Source: an uncultured Bacilli bacterium
GTDB lineage: Bacteria; Bacillota_I; Bacilli_A; RF39; UBA660
Assembly: GCA_944358735.1 (NCBI GenBank)
Contig: CALVRT010000079.1
Coordinates: 1-43,900 of the forward strand
Direction: 5' to 3'
Length of the DNA: 43,900 bases
In this document: piece by piece, positions 36,304 through 43,900 of the stretch
Position numbering within the stretch: the first letter of the stretch is position 1
Layout of the letters: each line of letters begins with the position of its first letter
Translations under genes and position numbers: made by a program
The notes under the pieces: model-generated
The model's input: the letters and a program-made list of their open reading frames with translations, nothing else
Told to the model about the DNA's origin: nothing
The model's database searches: none

Positions 36304-37812
36304 TTACGCTTTAAATATTTTTTTATAATCATCAATATTTTTAATAATTTTGTCTTCAACCACTTTATCGAAATCTTTTTTAATACGAATTTCATCATAA
36401 ATTTCTTTAGCATTATTATTAATATGGTCTACTAAACCTTTACAGAAAGCTGAAACTTCGTTATTTTCAATATCAGCTAAATAACCATTAACAGCAGCAT
36501 AAAGAATAACGACTTGTCTTTCAACTGGTAGTGGCATATATTGTGGTTGTTTTAAAACTTCTAAAACCCTCTCACCTTGAATTAATTTATTTTGTGTAGC
36601 TTTATCAAGCTCTGAACCAAACTGGGCAAAAGAAGCAAGTTCCCGGTACTGCGCTAAATCAATACGAATACGTCCAGAAAGCCTTTTCATCGCTTTAATT
36701 TGCGCTGAACCACCAACACGTGATACTGAAAGTCCGGCATTAATAGCTGGTCTTTGACCGCTAAAGAATAATTCACTTTCCAAATATATTTGTCCATCAG
36801 TAATAGAAATAACATTAGTTGGTACATAAGCTGATACATCTCCAGCTAGTGTTTCAATAATTGGTAAAGCGGTAATTGACCCACCACCATGAGCTTGGTC
36901 TAATTTAGCAGCTCTTTCAAGTAATCTTGAATGTAAATAGAAAACATCTCCTGGATAAGCTTCACGGCCTGGTGACCGGCGAAGTAATAAAGACATTGCT
37001 CTATAACTTTGAGCATGTTTTGATAAATCGTCATAAACGATTAACACATCTTTACCTTTGTACATAAAGTATTCGGCAATGGCACAACCTGAATAAGGCG
37101 CTAAATACTGCACTGGTGCAGTATCACTAGCTGTTGCGGAAACAACAATAGTATAATCCATCGCACCATGTTTTTTCAAAGTTTCTACAACTCCGGCAAT
37201 TGATGAAGATTTTTGTCCAATTGCCACATAAATACAAATAACATCTTCACCTTTTTGATTGATAATTGTATCAACCGCAATCGCTGTCTTACCAGTTTGC
37301 CGGTCACCGATAATTAACTCACGCTGTCCGCGACCAATTGGTACCATGGAATCGATAGCTAAAATACCAGTTTGTAAAGGTTTATTAACTGATTCACGAA
37401 CCATAACATTAGGCGCTAAAAACTCAACATCACGATAAGCATCAATTTTATAAGCTTCGCGGCCATCTAATACTTCTCCTAAAGGATTAACAACCCGGCC
37501 AATAATTTCATCACTAACACCAATACTAACTGGGCGACCAGTTCTTTTAGCCATAGTTCCTTCTTTGATATTACTTTCGCCCCCTAAAAGTACGCAACCA
37601 ACACTTTCTTCTTCAAGGTTCATCGCCATACCATACACACCATCACCAAAATCGATAAGTTCACCAGCCATACAATTGTTAAGCCCATAAATTTGAACTA
37701 TTCCATCACCAGCATTGGTAACATAGCCGATTTCGTCGACTTTCATTTTTGAATCATAATCGCTGATTTTTTTTCTTATAATATCACTAATTTCTTCTGG
37801 TTTGATTAACAT
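36304..37812 (-). CDS. atpA: F0F1 ATP synthase subunit alpha
   Basis: 502 aa. P-loop [18 protein letters not shown]. Confidence 0.97.
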   Translation of the reverse strand: MLIKPEEISDIIRKKISDYDSKMKVDEIGYVTNAGDGIVQIYGLNNCMAGELIDFGDGVYGMAMNLEEESVGCVLLGGESNIKEGTMAKRTGRPVSIGVSDEIIGRVVNPLGEVLDGREAYKIDAYRDVEFLAPNVMVRESVNKPLQTGILAIDSMVPIGRGQRELIIGDRQTGKTAIAVDTIINQKGEDVICIYVAIGQKSSSIAGVVETLKKHGAMDYTIVVSATASDTAPVQYLAPYSGCAIAEYFMYKGKDVLIVYDDLSKHAQSYRAMSLLLRRSPGREAYPGDVFYLHSRLLERAAKLDQAHGGGSITALPIIETLAGDVSAYVPTNVISITDGQIYLESELFFSGQRPAINAGLSVSRVGGSAQIKAMKRLSGRIRIDLAQYRELASFAQFGSELDKATQNKLIQGERVLEVLKQPQYMPLPVERQVVILYAAVNGYLADIENNEVSAFCKGLVDHINNNAKEIYDEIRIKKDFDKVVEDKIIKNIDDYKKIFKA

Positions 37813-37827
37813 TTTTTTACCTCCTTA

Positions 37828-38343
37828 TCAGTTTCCAAAAAGTTCATCTAATTTTGTTTCTAAAGTACTATCGTAAACTTTATCAAATGCAATTACCTTA
37901 ACCCCACCAATAACTTGTTTATCAATTGTTACTTGATAAGCGACTTCTTTTGCTTGATACATTTTCTTAAATTTTTCGGCAATTTTTTTAATCTCTGCAT
38001 CAGATATCGGTATAGCGGTAATTATTTCAATATTTATTTTATTATTTAATTTATCAATTTCAGCTTGATATTTTTTATAAATATCACCAATATAGCCAAT
38101 TCTTTCTTCTTTTAATAGTTCATTAACAAAATTAGTCAAAACTTCATCAGGTTTTATAATGCTCTTGATAATATCAAGTTTATCTTGATTACTTATTTCA
38201 GGATTATCTACGACATTTTTAAATTCTAAATCATTAGTATATAATCCAGCTAAAGTTTTCAGTTTTTCTGTGTATAGTGATTGATTTTTTTCCGTAGTTA
38301 AACTCATCAGTGCCTTAACATAACGTATACTTACTGCGGCCAC
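37828..38343 (-). CDS. atpH: F0F1 ATP synthase subunit delta
   Basis: 171 aa, OSCP-like. Position between atpF and atpA. Confidence 0.9.
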   Translation of the reverse strand: MAAVSIRYVKALMSLTTEKNQSLYTEKLKTLAGLYTNDLEFKNVVDNPEISNQDKLDIIKSIIKPDEVLTNFVNELLKEERIGYIGDIYKKYQAEIDKLNNKINIEIITAIPISDAEIKKIAEKFKKMYQAKEVAYQVTIDKQVIGGVKVIAFDKVYDSTLETKLDELFGN

Positions 38344-38347
38344 TTTA

Positions 38348-38839
38348 TCACCTACCCTTATTTTCGTCTAAAAATTCAGCGATTAATTTTTTATTAGTTT
38401 TTTCATCAAGATTTTTATCCAAAACTTTTCTCGTCGCTTCAATTACTAAATCAGCTATTTCTTCTTTAACGCTATTTAATAATTGTTCTTTTTGGGTTTC
38501 TAACTCTTTCTGTGTATTTTCAATCATATTTTGAGCATCAATTTTTGCTTTTTCAATTATATCATTATATTCAGTTTCAGCTTTTTTCTTATAACTATCT
38601 AAAATCAAAACACCTTCAGCTTTAACTTCTTTTAATCTTTCTTTATTTTCTTCTTCAATAGCTTCAACTTTTTTCTTGGCTTCTCTAGCAAGTTCTAAAG
38701 CATCACTAATCTGTTTAGAACGATTGTCCATATATTTACCAACCGGTTTAAACAAAATTTTACGAAGAATGAAATATAAAATCAAGAGATTTAAAATTGT
38801 AAAAAATAGGGTTGTCCAAAACTCTTTATCAAATTCCAT
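38348..38839 (-). CDS. atpF: F0F1 ATP synthase subunit b
   Basis: 163 aa. Single N-terminal TM, then a long charged helix. Confidence 0.9.
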   Translation of the reverse strand: MEFDKEFWTTLFFTILNLLILYFILRKILFKPVGKYMDNRSKQISDALELAREAKKKVEAIEEENKERLKEVKAEGVLILDSYKKKAETEYNDIIEKAKIDAQNMIENTQKELETQKEQLLNSVKEEIADLVIEATRKVLDKNLDEKTNKKLIAEFLDENKGR

Positions 38840-38915
38840 AGCTTCACTCCATTTCTATATTTAATGACGATTAAAACTTCAAATTTAAGAAAACTTGAAG
38901 TTTTAGTCACAGGTT

Positions 38916-39137
38916 TTACATTTGTCCTAAAATCATAATTGCAATAACTAAACCATAGATAGCTGTTGCTTCGGCCAAAGCAGAACCTAATAATAAAACT
39001 GTTTGAATTTTTCCAGATGCTTCTGGTTGTCTAGCTACGGCTTCGGCTGATTTTCCAGTTGCGATACCAATACCAATTCCGGCACCAACACCAGTTAAAA
39101 CAGCGATACCAGCTGCGATTAATCCTATCATTTCCAT
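38916..39137 (-). CDS. atpE: F0F1 ATP synthase subunit c
   Basis: 73 aa. Two-helix hairpin with the ARQPE loop and a carboxylate in helix 2 ([10 protein letters not shown]). Confidence 0.93.
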   Translation of the reverse strand: MEMIGLIAAGIAVLTGVGAGIGIGIATGKSAEAVARQPEASGKIQTVLLLGSALAEATAIYGLVIAIMILGQM

Positions 39138-39158
39138 ATTTTCACCACCATTTCAAAA

Positions 39159-39848
39159 TTATTCTTCTTCTGTATTCACTTCTTCAGAAATATAAAGCGA
39201 AGTCAGAAGGACAAAAACAAATGCTTGTAATCCTCCATCAAATAAATCAAAGTACATGCAGGCAATACTTGGAAAGCCATAAGGAAGATTGACAAATATT
39301 AGCTCCATCAAAATATAAGCTCCTAATATGTTACCAAATAGTCGCATACTTAGCGATAATGGTTTTGTGATAAATTCTAAGAGGTTAAAAGGGAATAAAA
39401 ACGGTAATGGTTTAAATAAGCTTTTGATAAATCCACCTAGTCCTTTTTTATAAATTCCCGCACCAATAGCAATAATAATTGTCATTAAAGCTAAAGCTAC
39501 TGGTACAGCTAATGACCTTGTTGGTGGCGCTACTAGTCCGCCAGTAAGTTCAGCCATAAATAAAGCCCCAAGTGTATTAGCTACTGCAAGAAATAATCCT
39601 AAAGTACCAATATAAGGTGCAAAATTTTTACCATCTTTACCAATGAAGCTACTGGCAAAATTAGTTACCATTTCAACGACAACTTCTGCCGTATTTTGTA
39701 ACCCTCTCGGTACTAGTCGCATTTTTCTTGTAGCCAAAAAAGCCCAGAGAATTATAACAATCATGGCAATCCATGACATTACAACTACATTGGTTACTGG
39801 TAAATTTAAATAAGGAATTTCAAAAACTACGTTAACATTATCATGCAT
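39159..39848 (-). CDS. atpB: F0F1 ATP synthase subunit a
   Basis: Polytopic, with the conserved LSLSMRLFGNILGA. I prefer ATG 39848 over the ORF-track GTG at 39860. Confidence 0.92.
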   Translation of the reverse strand: MHDNVNVVFEIPYLNLPVTNVVVMSWIAMIVIILWAFLATRKMRLVPRGLQNTAEVVVEMVTNFASSFIGKDGKNFAPYIGTLGLFLAVANTLGALFMAELTGGLVAPPTRSLAVPVALALMTIIIAIGAGIYKKGLGGFIKSLFKPLPFLFPFNLLEFITKPLSLSMRLFGNILGAYILMELIFVNLPYGFPSIACMYFDLFDGGLQAFVFVLLTSLYISEEVNTEEE

Positions 39849-39905
39849 ATCTCTCACCACATTTATCCCTTAAGTTTATCTGTGATTTTATCACCACACT
39901 TTTCC

Positions 39906-39934
39906 AGTATAACGAAAAACTTAAGAAAAATCAA
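39906..39934 (-). promoter_or_regulatory. candidate promoter of the atp operon
   Basis: Minus strand: TTGATT (39929..39934), 17-nt spacer, TATACT (39906..39911). Confidence 0.45.
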
Positions 39935-40005
39935 GTGTTTTTCACAATAAATACAAAAAACTTTCACATGAAAACAAACATAATAAAAATAAGATGAAAA
40001 TCACC

Positions 40006-40419
40006 TTATTTTTGAATCATATTAAGTAAGTTTATTTTAAACATATCTTTTTCTTTTTCTTCTTTCGATACCATAACACCTTTATAAGTTACAAGTTCTG
40101 ATTGATGACCTTCGCTCAAGATTTTTTCTGGGCTTAAACTTATTATAACAATTTTTTTGTTGTTAACATCAACTTTATAATGTAGTTTAACTTCTCCATG
40201 AACCTTAACAAACATCGCATCAGTTGGTAAATTTAAGTCGTAAAAGACAAACTGACCTTCTCTTTTTACTTCCTCACCTAAAATTTTACCAGCTTTTATT
40301 TTTGGATAATAATCAAAATAAAGCTTTTTAAAGGCGAGCATATTATATTTTTTCAAAGCACTTTCCAGTTTTTTAAATTCATTTTCATTTTCATATTCAA
40401 CAATGTATTTAGTATCCAT
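40006..40419 (-). CDS. hypothetical protein (137 aa)
   Basis: AAGGGAG lies 8 nt upstream of ATG 40419. No confident family assignment. Confidence 0.55.
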   Translation of the reverse strand: MDTKYIVEYENENEFKKLESALKKYNMLAFKKLYFDYYPKIKAGKILGEEVKREGQFVFYDLNLPTDAMFVKVHGEVKLHYKVDVNNKKIVIISLSPEKILSEGHQSELVTYKGVMVSKEEKEKDMFKINLLNMIQK

Positions 40420-40556
40420 AAGCTGCACTCCCTTTATTATAGTGTTCTAAAATTATAGTAACATATAAGGCGGCAAAAGTCAAAGCAATTCGCATTATTT
40501 TCTTTAATATGTACTTTTTTGTGTAAAAAAGACATTTTTTTCATCAAAAAAACCTC

Positions 40557-41513
40557 TTATGAGGCTTTTCGGTATCCACTTAAATTACTATTACAACTAG
40601 CCCATTTTACATCGGTATCATAATATGCTTTCCGGTCTTGGTAACGATAATATGTTACATTACTGTATACAGGGACTTCTTTATAAACATTAATATTTTT
40701 TCGGCAGATTACTTTTCTATCGTAACGACCAGCATTAGCATAATCACTTGAACAAGTATAAATTTTTTGGCCGTTAACAGTACTAACACTTGGATTTGCT
40801 CGAACTTCAGTTGTATAAACTTTTGTTTGACTACCAGTTTTCTCGTTTACAACTTTAGTTTGAACATTTCTAGTATTACTAGCGTTTACTTTAGTTTTAG
40901 TCCAACTAGACCAATTACCATAATTAGTATATTTAAGTACAGATTTTACAAATTTACAGTTATCATTAGAATTATTGGAAGATGTACTTGTATTTTCTGT
41001 AGCTGTCGTTTCAGGTTCAGTACTTTCTTCTGATTTTTCTTCATCATTCGTTAGATTTTTTTTTTCGCATATGTCCCCTACACAATAAGTATAGCTTCCC
41101 ATATGCGCACGTATATAATCAGTTTTATCATTACAAGATAAATTAATTTTCATTAAATATTCGGTTTCTTCTTTCGTAACTTCAACATATGACTTTTCCA
41201 AATCACAGCGTTCGTTATTACTATCAACTGGTTCAGTTATTAAATGTTTATCTATCATATCGTTTAAAGTCATTTTTTCCGTATCACCAGTATTTTGCGG
41301 TAATCTTTCATCAGTGTAATAGCCCATTGCCGCATCTTTAATTAATTCAATATTTTCACTAAAGGTTTTTGTCACTGAAGCACTTTCAGAATTATTGTTT
41401 AAATAACCTTTTGTTGGAAATAACCACATTAATATAAAGAAGATAACAACAAGTACTAAAATGGCTAAAATCACTTTTTTAACCGGGAAACCCGAACGGT
41501 TTTCTTCGTACAT
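40557..41513 (-). CDS. membrane-anchored Cys-containing extracellular protein (318 aa)
   Basis: AGAAGGGGGGA lies 4 nt upstream of ATG 41513 (MYEENRSGFPVKKVILAILVLVV...). One N-terminal TM, an acidic Ser/Thr-rich linker, nine Cys. Confidence 0.65.
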   Translation of the reverse strand: MYEENRSGFPVKKVILAILVLVVIFFILMWLFPTKGYLNNNSESASVTKTFSENIELIKDAAMGYYTDERLPQNTGDTEKMTLNDMIDKHLITEPVDSNNERCDLEKSYVEVTKEETEYLMKINLSCNDKTDYIRAHMGSYTYCVGDICEKKNLTNDEEKSEESTEPETTATENTSTSSNNSNDNCKFVKSVLKYTNYGNWSSWTKTKVNASNTRNVQTKVVNEKTGSQTKVYTTEVRANPSVSTVNGQKIYTCSSDYANAGRYDRKVICRKNINVYKEVPVYSNVTYYRYQDRKAYYDTDVKWASCNSNLSGYRKAS

Positions 41514-41540
41514 AGTATCCCCCCTTCTAATTACGCCGTT

Positions 41541-41569
41541 ATAATAGCACAAAGTGTATATTTTGTCAA
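41541..41569 (-). promoter_or_regulatory. sigma-A type promoter of the 318-aa gene
   Basis: Minus strand: TTGACA (41564..41569), 17-nt spacer, TGcTATTAT (-10 at 41541..41546). Confidence 0.5.
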
Positions 41570-41570
41570 A

Positions 41571-41595
41571 TAAAAACTAGATAAAAATATCTAGT
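41571..41595 (-). terminator. terminator after tRNA-Glu
   Basis: Stem ACTAGAT/ATCTAGT (41576..41582 with 41589..41595), followed by TTTTATTT on the minus strand. Confidence 0.55.
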
Positions 41596-41605
41596 AACTA
41601 TCAAT

Positions 41606-41681
41606 TGGTAGCCTGTACGGGACTTGAACCCGTGCATATATGCTTGAGAGGCATACGTGTTAACCACTTCACCAACAGGCC
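41606..41681 (-). tRNA. tRNA-Glu (anticodon CUC)
   Basis: 76 nt. GGCCTGTTGGTGAAGTGGTTAACAC ... anticodon stem TATGC/GCATA with loop CTCTCAA ... ACGGGTTCAAGTCCCGT ... CCA. Closely resembles the Bacillus tRNA-Glu scaffold. Confidence 0.85.
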
Positions 41682-41734
41682 AGTTAACACATTAATAATA
41701 GCACAGAAAATAAATTTTGGCAATAGAAAAGAGC

Positions 41735-43114
41735 CTAATCTAGGCTTCTTAAATAATCTTTAATAACTTGAACATGCTTTTTAACTGTTTCAGGCGCTGG
41801 CCCGCCGATAGCAGTTCTATCATTAACGGCTTTTTGTAAACTGGTCGCTGGATAAATATCTTCTGCAAATAATTGAGAAAATTTTTGATATTCTTCTAAC
41901 AATAAAGTGTCTAACGTTTTATCGTTATCAATACAATAAGCAACGATTGTTCCTGTTATTTTATAAGCTGTTCTAAAAGGAAGGCCCTTTTTCACTAAAT
42001 AATCGGCACAATCAGTAGCATTTATAAAACCACGTTTTGCAGCATTTAACATGTTTTCTTTAATAAAAGTAGTTGTTTCTAACATTGGAATAAAAGTTTC
42101 TAAACACATTTTAACATTATCTAAAGCATCAAATATAGCTTCTTTATCTTCCTGCATATCCTTATTATAAGCAAGTGGTAAAGATTTCATTGTCACAAGC
42201 AAGCTCATTAAATCTCCATAAACCCTTCCATTTTTACCTCTAATTAATTCAGTAATATCAGGATTTTTCTTTTGCGGCATTATTGAAGAACCAGTTGCAA
42301 AAGCATCATCTAATTCTAAAAATTTAAATTCATAACTACCCCACATAATAAACTCTTCACTAATTCTCGATAAATGCATCATAATAATTGATAAAGCTGA
42401 AGCGAATTCTATAACATAATCGCGGTCAGAAACACCATCTAAACTATTTAAAGTCGGTCCATTAAAGCCTAAAAGTTCACTTGTTAAATACCGGTCAATG
42501 TCATAAGTCGTTCCCGCTAAAGCACAAGAACCTAAAGGGTTTTCGTTCATCCTATCTTCAGCATTTTTTAGCCTTTCAATATCCCGTTTAAACATTTCAG
42601 TATAAGCCATAAAATAATGCGCTAAAGTGATAGGTTGCGCCCGCTGTAAATGCGTATAGCCTGGCATAATTGTCTCATAATTATCTTCAGCTTGCGTCAC
42701 TAAAACCCCAATAAGTTCTTTTAATAACTCTTTAATTTTTTTAACTTCCTTTTTCATATATAAACGAAGGTCTAAAGCAACTTGGTCATTGCGACTTCTA
42801 GCCGTATGTAAACGCTTTCCTGTATCACCAATTCTTTTTGTCAGTTCACTTTCAATAAACATATGCACATCTTCTGCTTCTAAATCAAATTCTAATTTAC
42901 CGGTTTCTAAATCATCTAAAATTTTTTTTAGTTCATTAACTATTGTTTCACTTTCTTTTTCACTAATAATATTACATTTGCCAAGCATCGTCGCATGGGC
43001 GATACTACCCGTAATATCTTCTTTATACATTCTTTTATCAAAACTAATTGAAGAATTAAAATCATTAGTTTGCTTATCAATTTCTTTTTTAAATCTACCT
43101 TCCCAAAGGGCCAT
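41735..43114 (-). CDS. argH: argininosuccinate lyase
   Basis: 459 aa. WEGRF start, GYTHLQRAQP, and the fumarate-lyase signature GSSIMPQKKNPD. Confidence 0.95.
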   Translation of the reverse strand: MALWEGRFKKEIDKQTNDFNSSISFDKRMYKEDITGSIAHATMLGKCNIISEKESETIVNELKKILDDLETGKLEFDLEAEDVHMFIESELTKRIGDTGKRLHTARSRNDQVALDLRLYMKKEVKKIKELLKELIGVLVTQAEDNYETIMPGYTHLQRAQPITLAHYFMAYTEMFKRDIERLKNAEDRMNENPLGSCALAGTTYDIDRYLTSELLGFNGPTLNSLDGVSDRDYVIEFASALSIIMMHLSRISEEFIMWGSYEFKFLELDDAFATGSSIMPQKKNPDITELIRGKNGRVYGDLMSLLVTMKSLPLAYNKDMQEDKEAIFDALDNVKMCLETFIPMLETTTFIKENMLNAAKRGFINATDCADYLVKKGLPFRTAYKITGTIVAYCIDNDKTLDTLLLEEYQKFSQLFAEDIYPATSLQKAVNDRTAIGGPAPETVKKHVQVIKDYLRSLD

Positions 43115-43252
43115 AATATCTCTCCTTCCAAATTTTATTTTAATAATATCTTAAATAATATTTAATGTCAACTTCAAGTAAAGTTCTAAAATTAGACTTT
43201 ATTTTTTGGTGTTTTTTTAGTACAATAATATTATTATAGGAGGAATGGTAAA

Positions 43253-43849
43253 ATGCGAAGTGTCGTTATAATTACTCTAGGCAATATTCTTTTAACCGGT
43301 GCTTATGCTTTTTTAACAGTTCCGAATAATATGATAGATGGTGGTGTTACTAGCACGTCACTTATTATTGCGCATCTTTTAGACGTAGACATCACTTATA
43401 TTACCACAACTATTGCGATTTTATTGTTACTATTTAGTTTAGCTTTTTTAGGAAAACAATTCTTTTTTAAAACCGCTTATAGTTGTTTATGCTACATCAT
43501 ATTTTTTGATTTATTTCATCTAACTAATATTGTATTAAATATGCCACCAATACTTTGTATTGTTTTAGCTGGCTTTTTAGTCGGTATCGGTCATTATCTT
43601 TGTTTAAGTCAAAATTCATCTGTTATGGGCTATGACGTTATTGCTTTATTCATTCATAAAAATAACGAAAAATGGGACTTTGCAATAGTTCTTAGAATTA
43701 TTTGCATAATGGTCTTAATAATTGGTGTTTATGTCTTTGGTTTACTCGCGGTTGTTTATGGTATTATCTTTATTATTATTCAAACGGAAGTTATCCACTT
43801 TCTAAATAAAAGAAAACCCGTTTGTGAAAAAGTTTTAGTTAAGAAATAA
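43253..43849 (+). CDS. YitT-family membrane protein (short form, no C-terminal DUF2179 part)
   Basis: ITLGNILLTGAYAFLTVPNNMIDGGVTSTSLII is typical of the YitT N-domain. 198 aa. Confidence 0.7.
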   Translation: MRSVVIITLGNILLTGAYAFLTVPNNMIDGGVTSTSLIIAHLLDVDITYITTTIAILLLLFSLAFLGKQFFFKTAYSCLCYIIFFDLFHLTNIVLNMPPILCIVLAGFLVGIGHYLCLSQNSSVMGYDVIALFIHKNNEKWDFAIVLRIICIMVLIIGVYVFGLLAVVYGIIFIIIQTEVIHFLNKRKPVCEKVLVKK

Positions 43850-43852
43850 GAA

Positions 43853-43897
43853 AAACATAATTACTTAAAGTTAATCTTTAAAATAATTATGTTTTTT
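43853..43897 (+). terminator. terminator after the YitT-family gene
   Basis: 11-bp stem AAACATAATTA / TAATTATGTTT with a 20-nt loop, followed by TTT. Confidence 0.5.
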
Positions 43898-43900
43898 ATT

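Noticed and set aside
42789-43154. ORF-track entries 42789..43154(+) and 42940..43131(-).
   Set aside because: Both overlap the 5' part of argH in other frames or on the other strand. argH has unambiguous family signatures and accounts for the region.

Overview
This is a low-GC Bacillota/Mollicutes-type chromosomal segment. It reads cleanly with the standard code: TAA, TAG and TGA all terminate housekeeping ORFs.

Backbone genes: tsf-rpsB, rpsU-yqeY, rsmD, a T-box-controlled argS, a merR-like gene, a ybaK/proX-like gene, glyA, ndk, ylbL/sepM-like and ylbJ-like genes, cysS-truB, a complete atpBEFHAGDC operon, argH, and six tRNA genes.

Accessory loci between these blocks, several next to tRNA genes:
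1. An unannotated pair of double-glycine-leader peptides sits behind a C39-peptidase ABC exporter, with no immunity gene. This is my best candidate for a system.
2. A minimal type IV filament set has a prepilin-leader::BspA/DUF285-LRR fusion, a small pilin and a divergent ATPase. No platform protein or prepilin peptidase is present in the window.
3. A 997-aa modular secreted protein has a divergent XRE regulator. A decayed paralogue carries two in-frame TAA codons and a sharp GC-rich patch.
4. A 2.1-kb insertion between ndk and tRNA-Arg is bounded by 32-bp perfect direct repeats that duplicate the ndk 3' end and its terminator.
5. A frameshifted orphan MazF/PemK-like ORF is followed by two covarying hairpin repeats.
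6. Two promoter-plus-terminator units have no ORF and are candidate sRNAs.

All product calls rest on motif recognition by eye. No database search was run.
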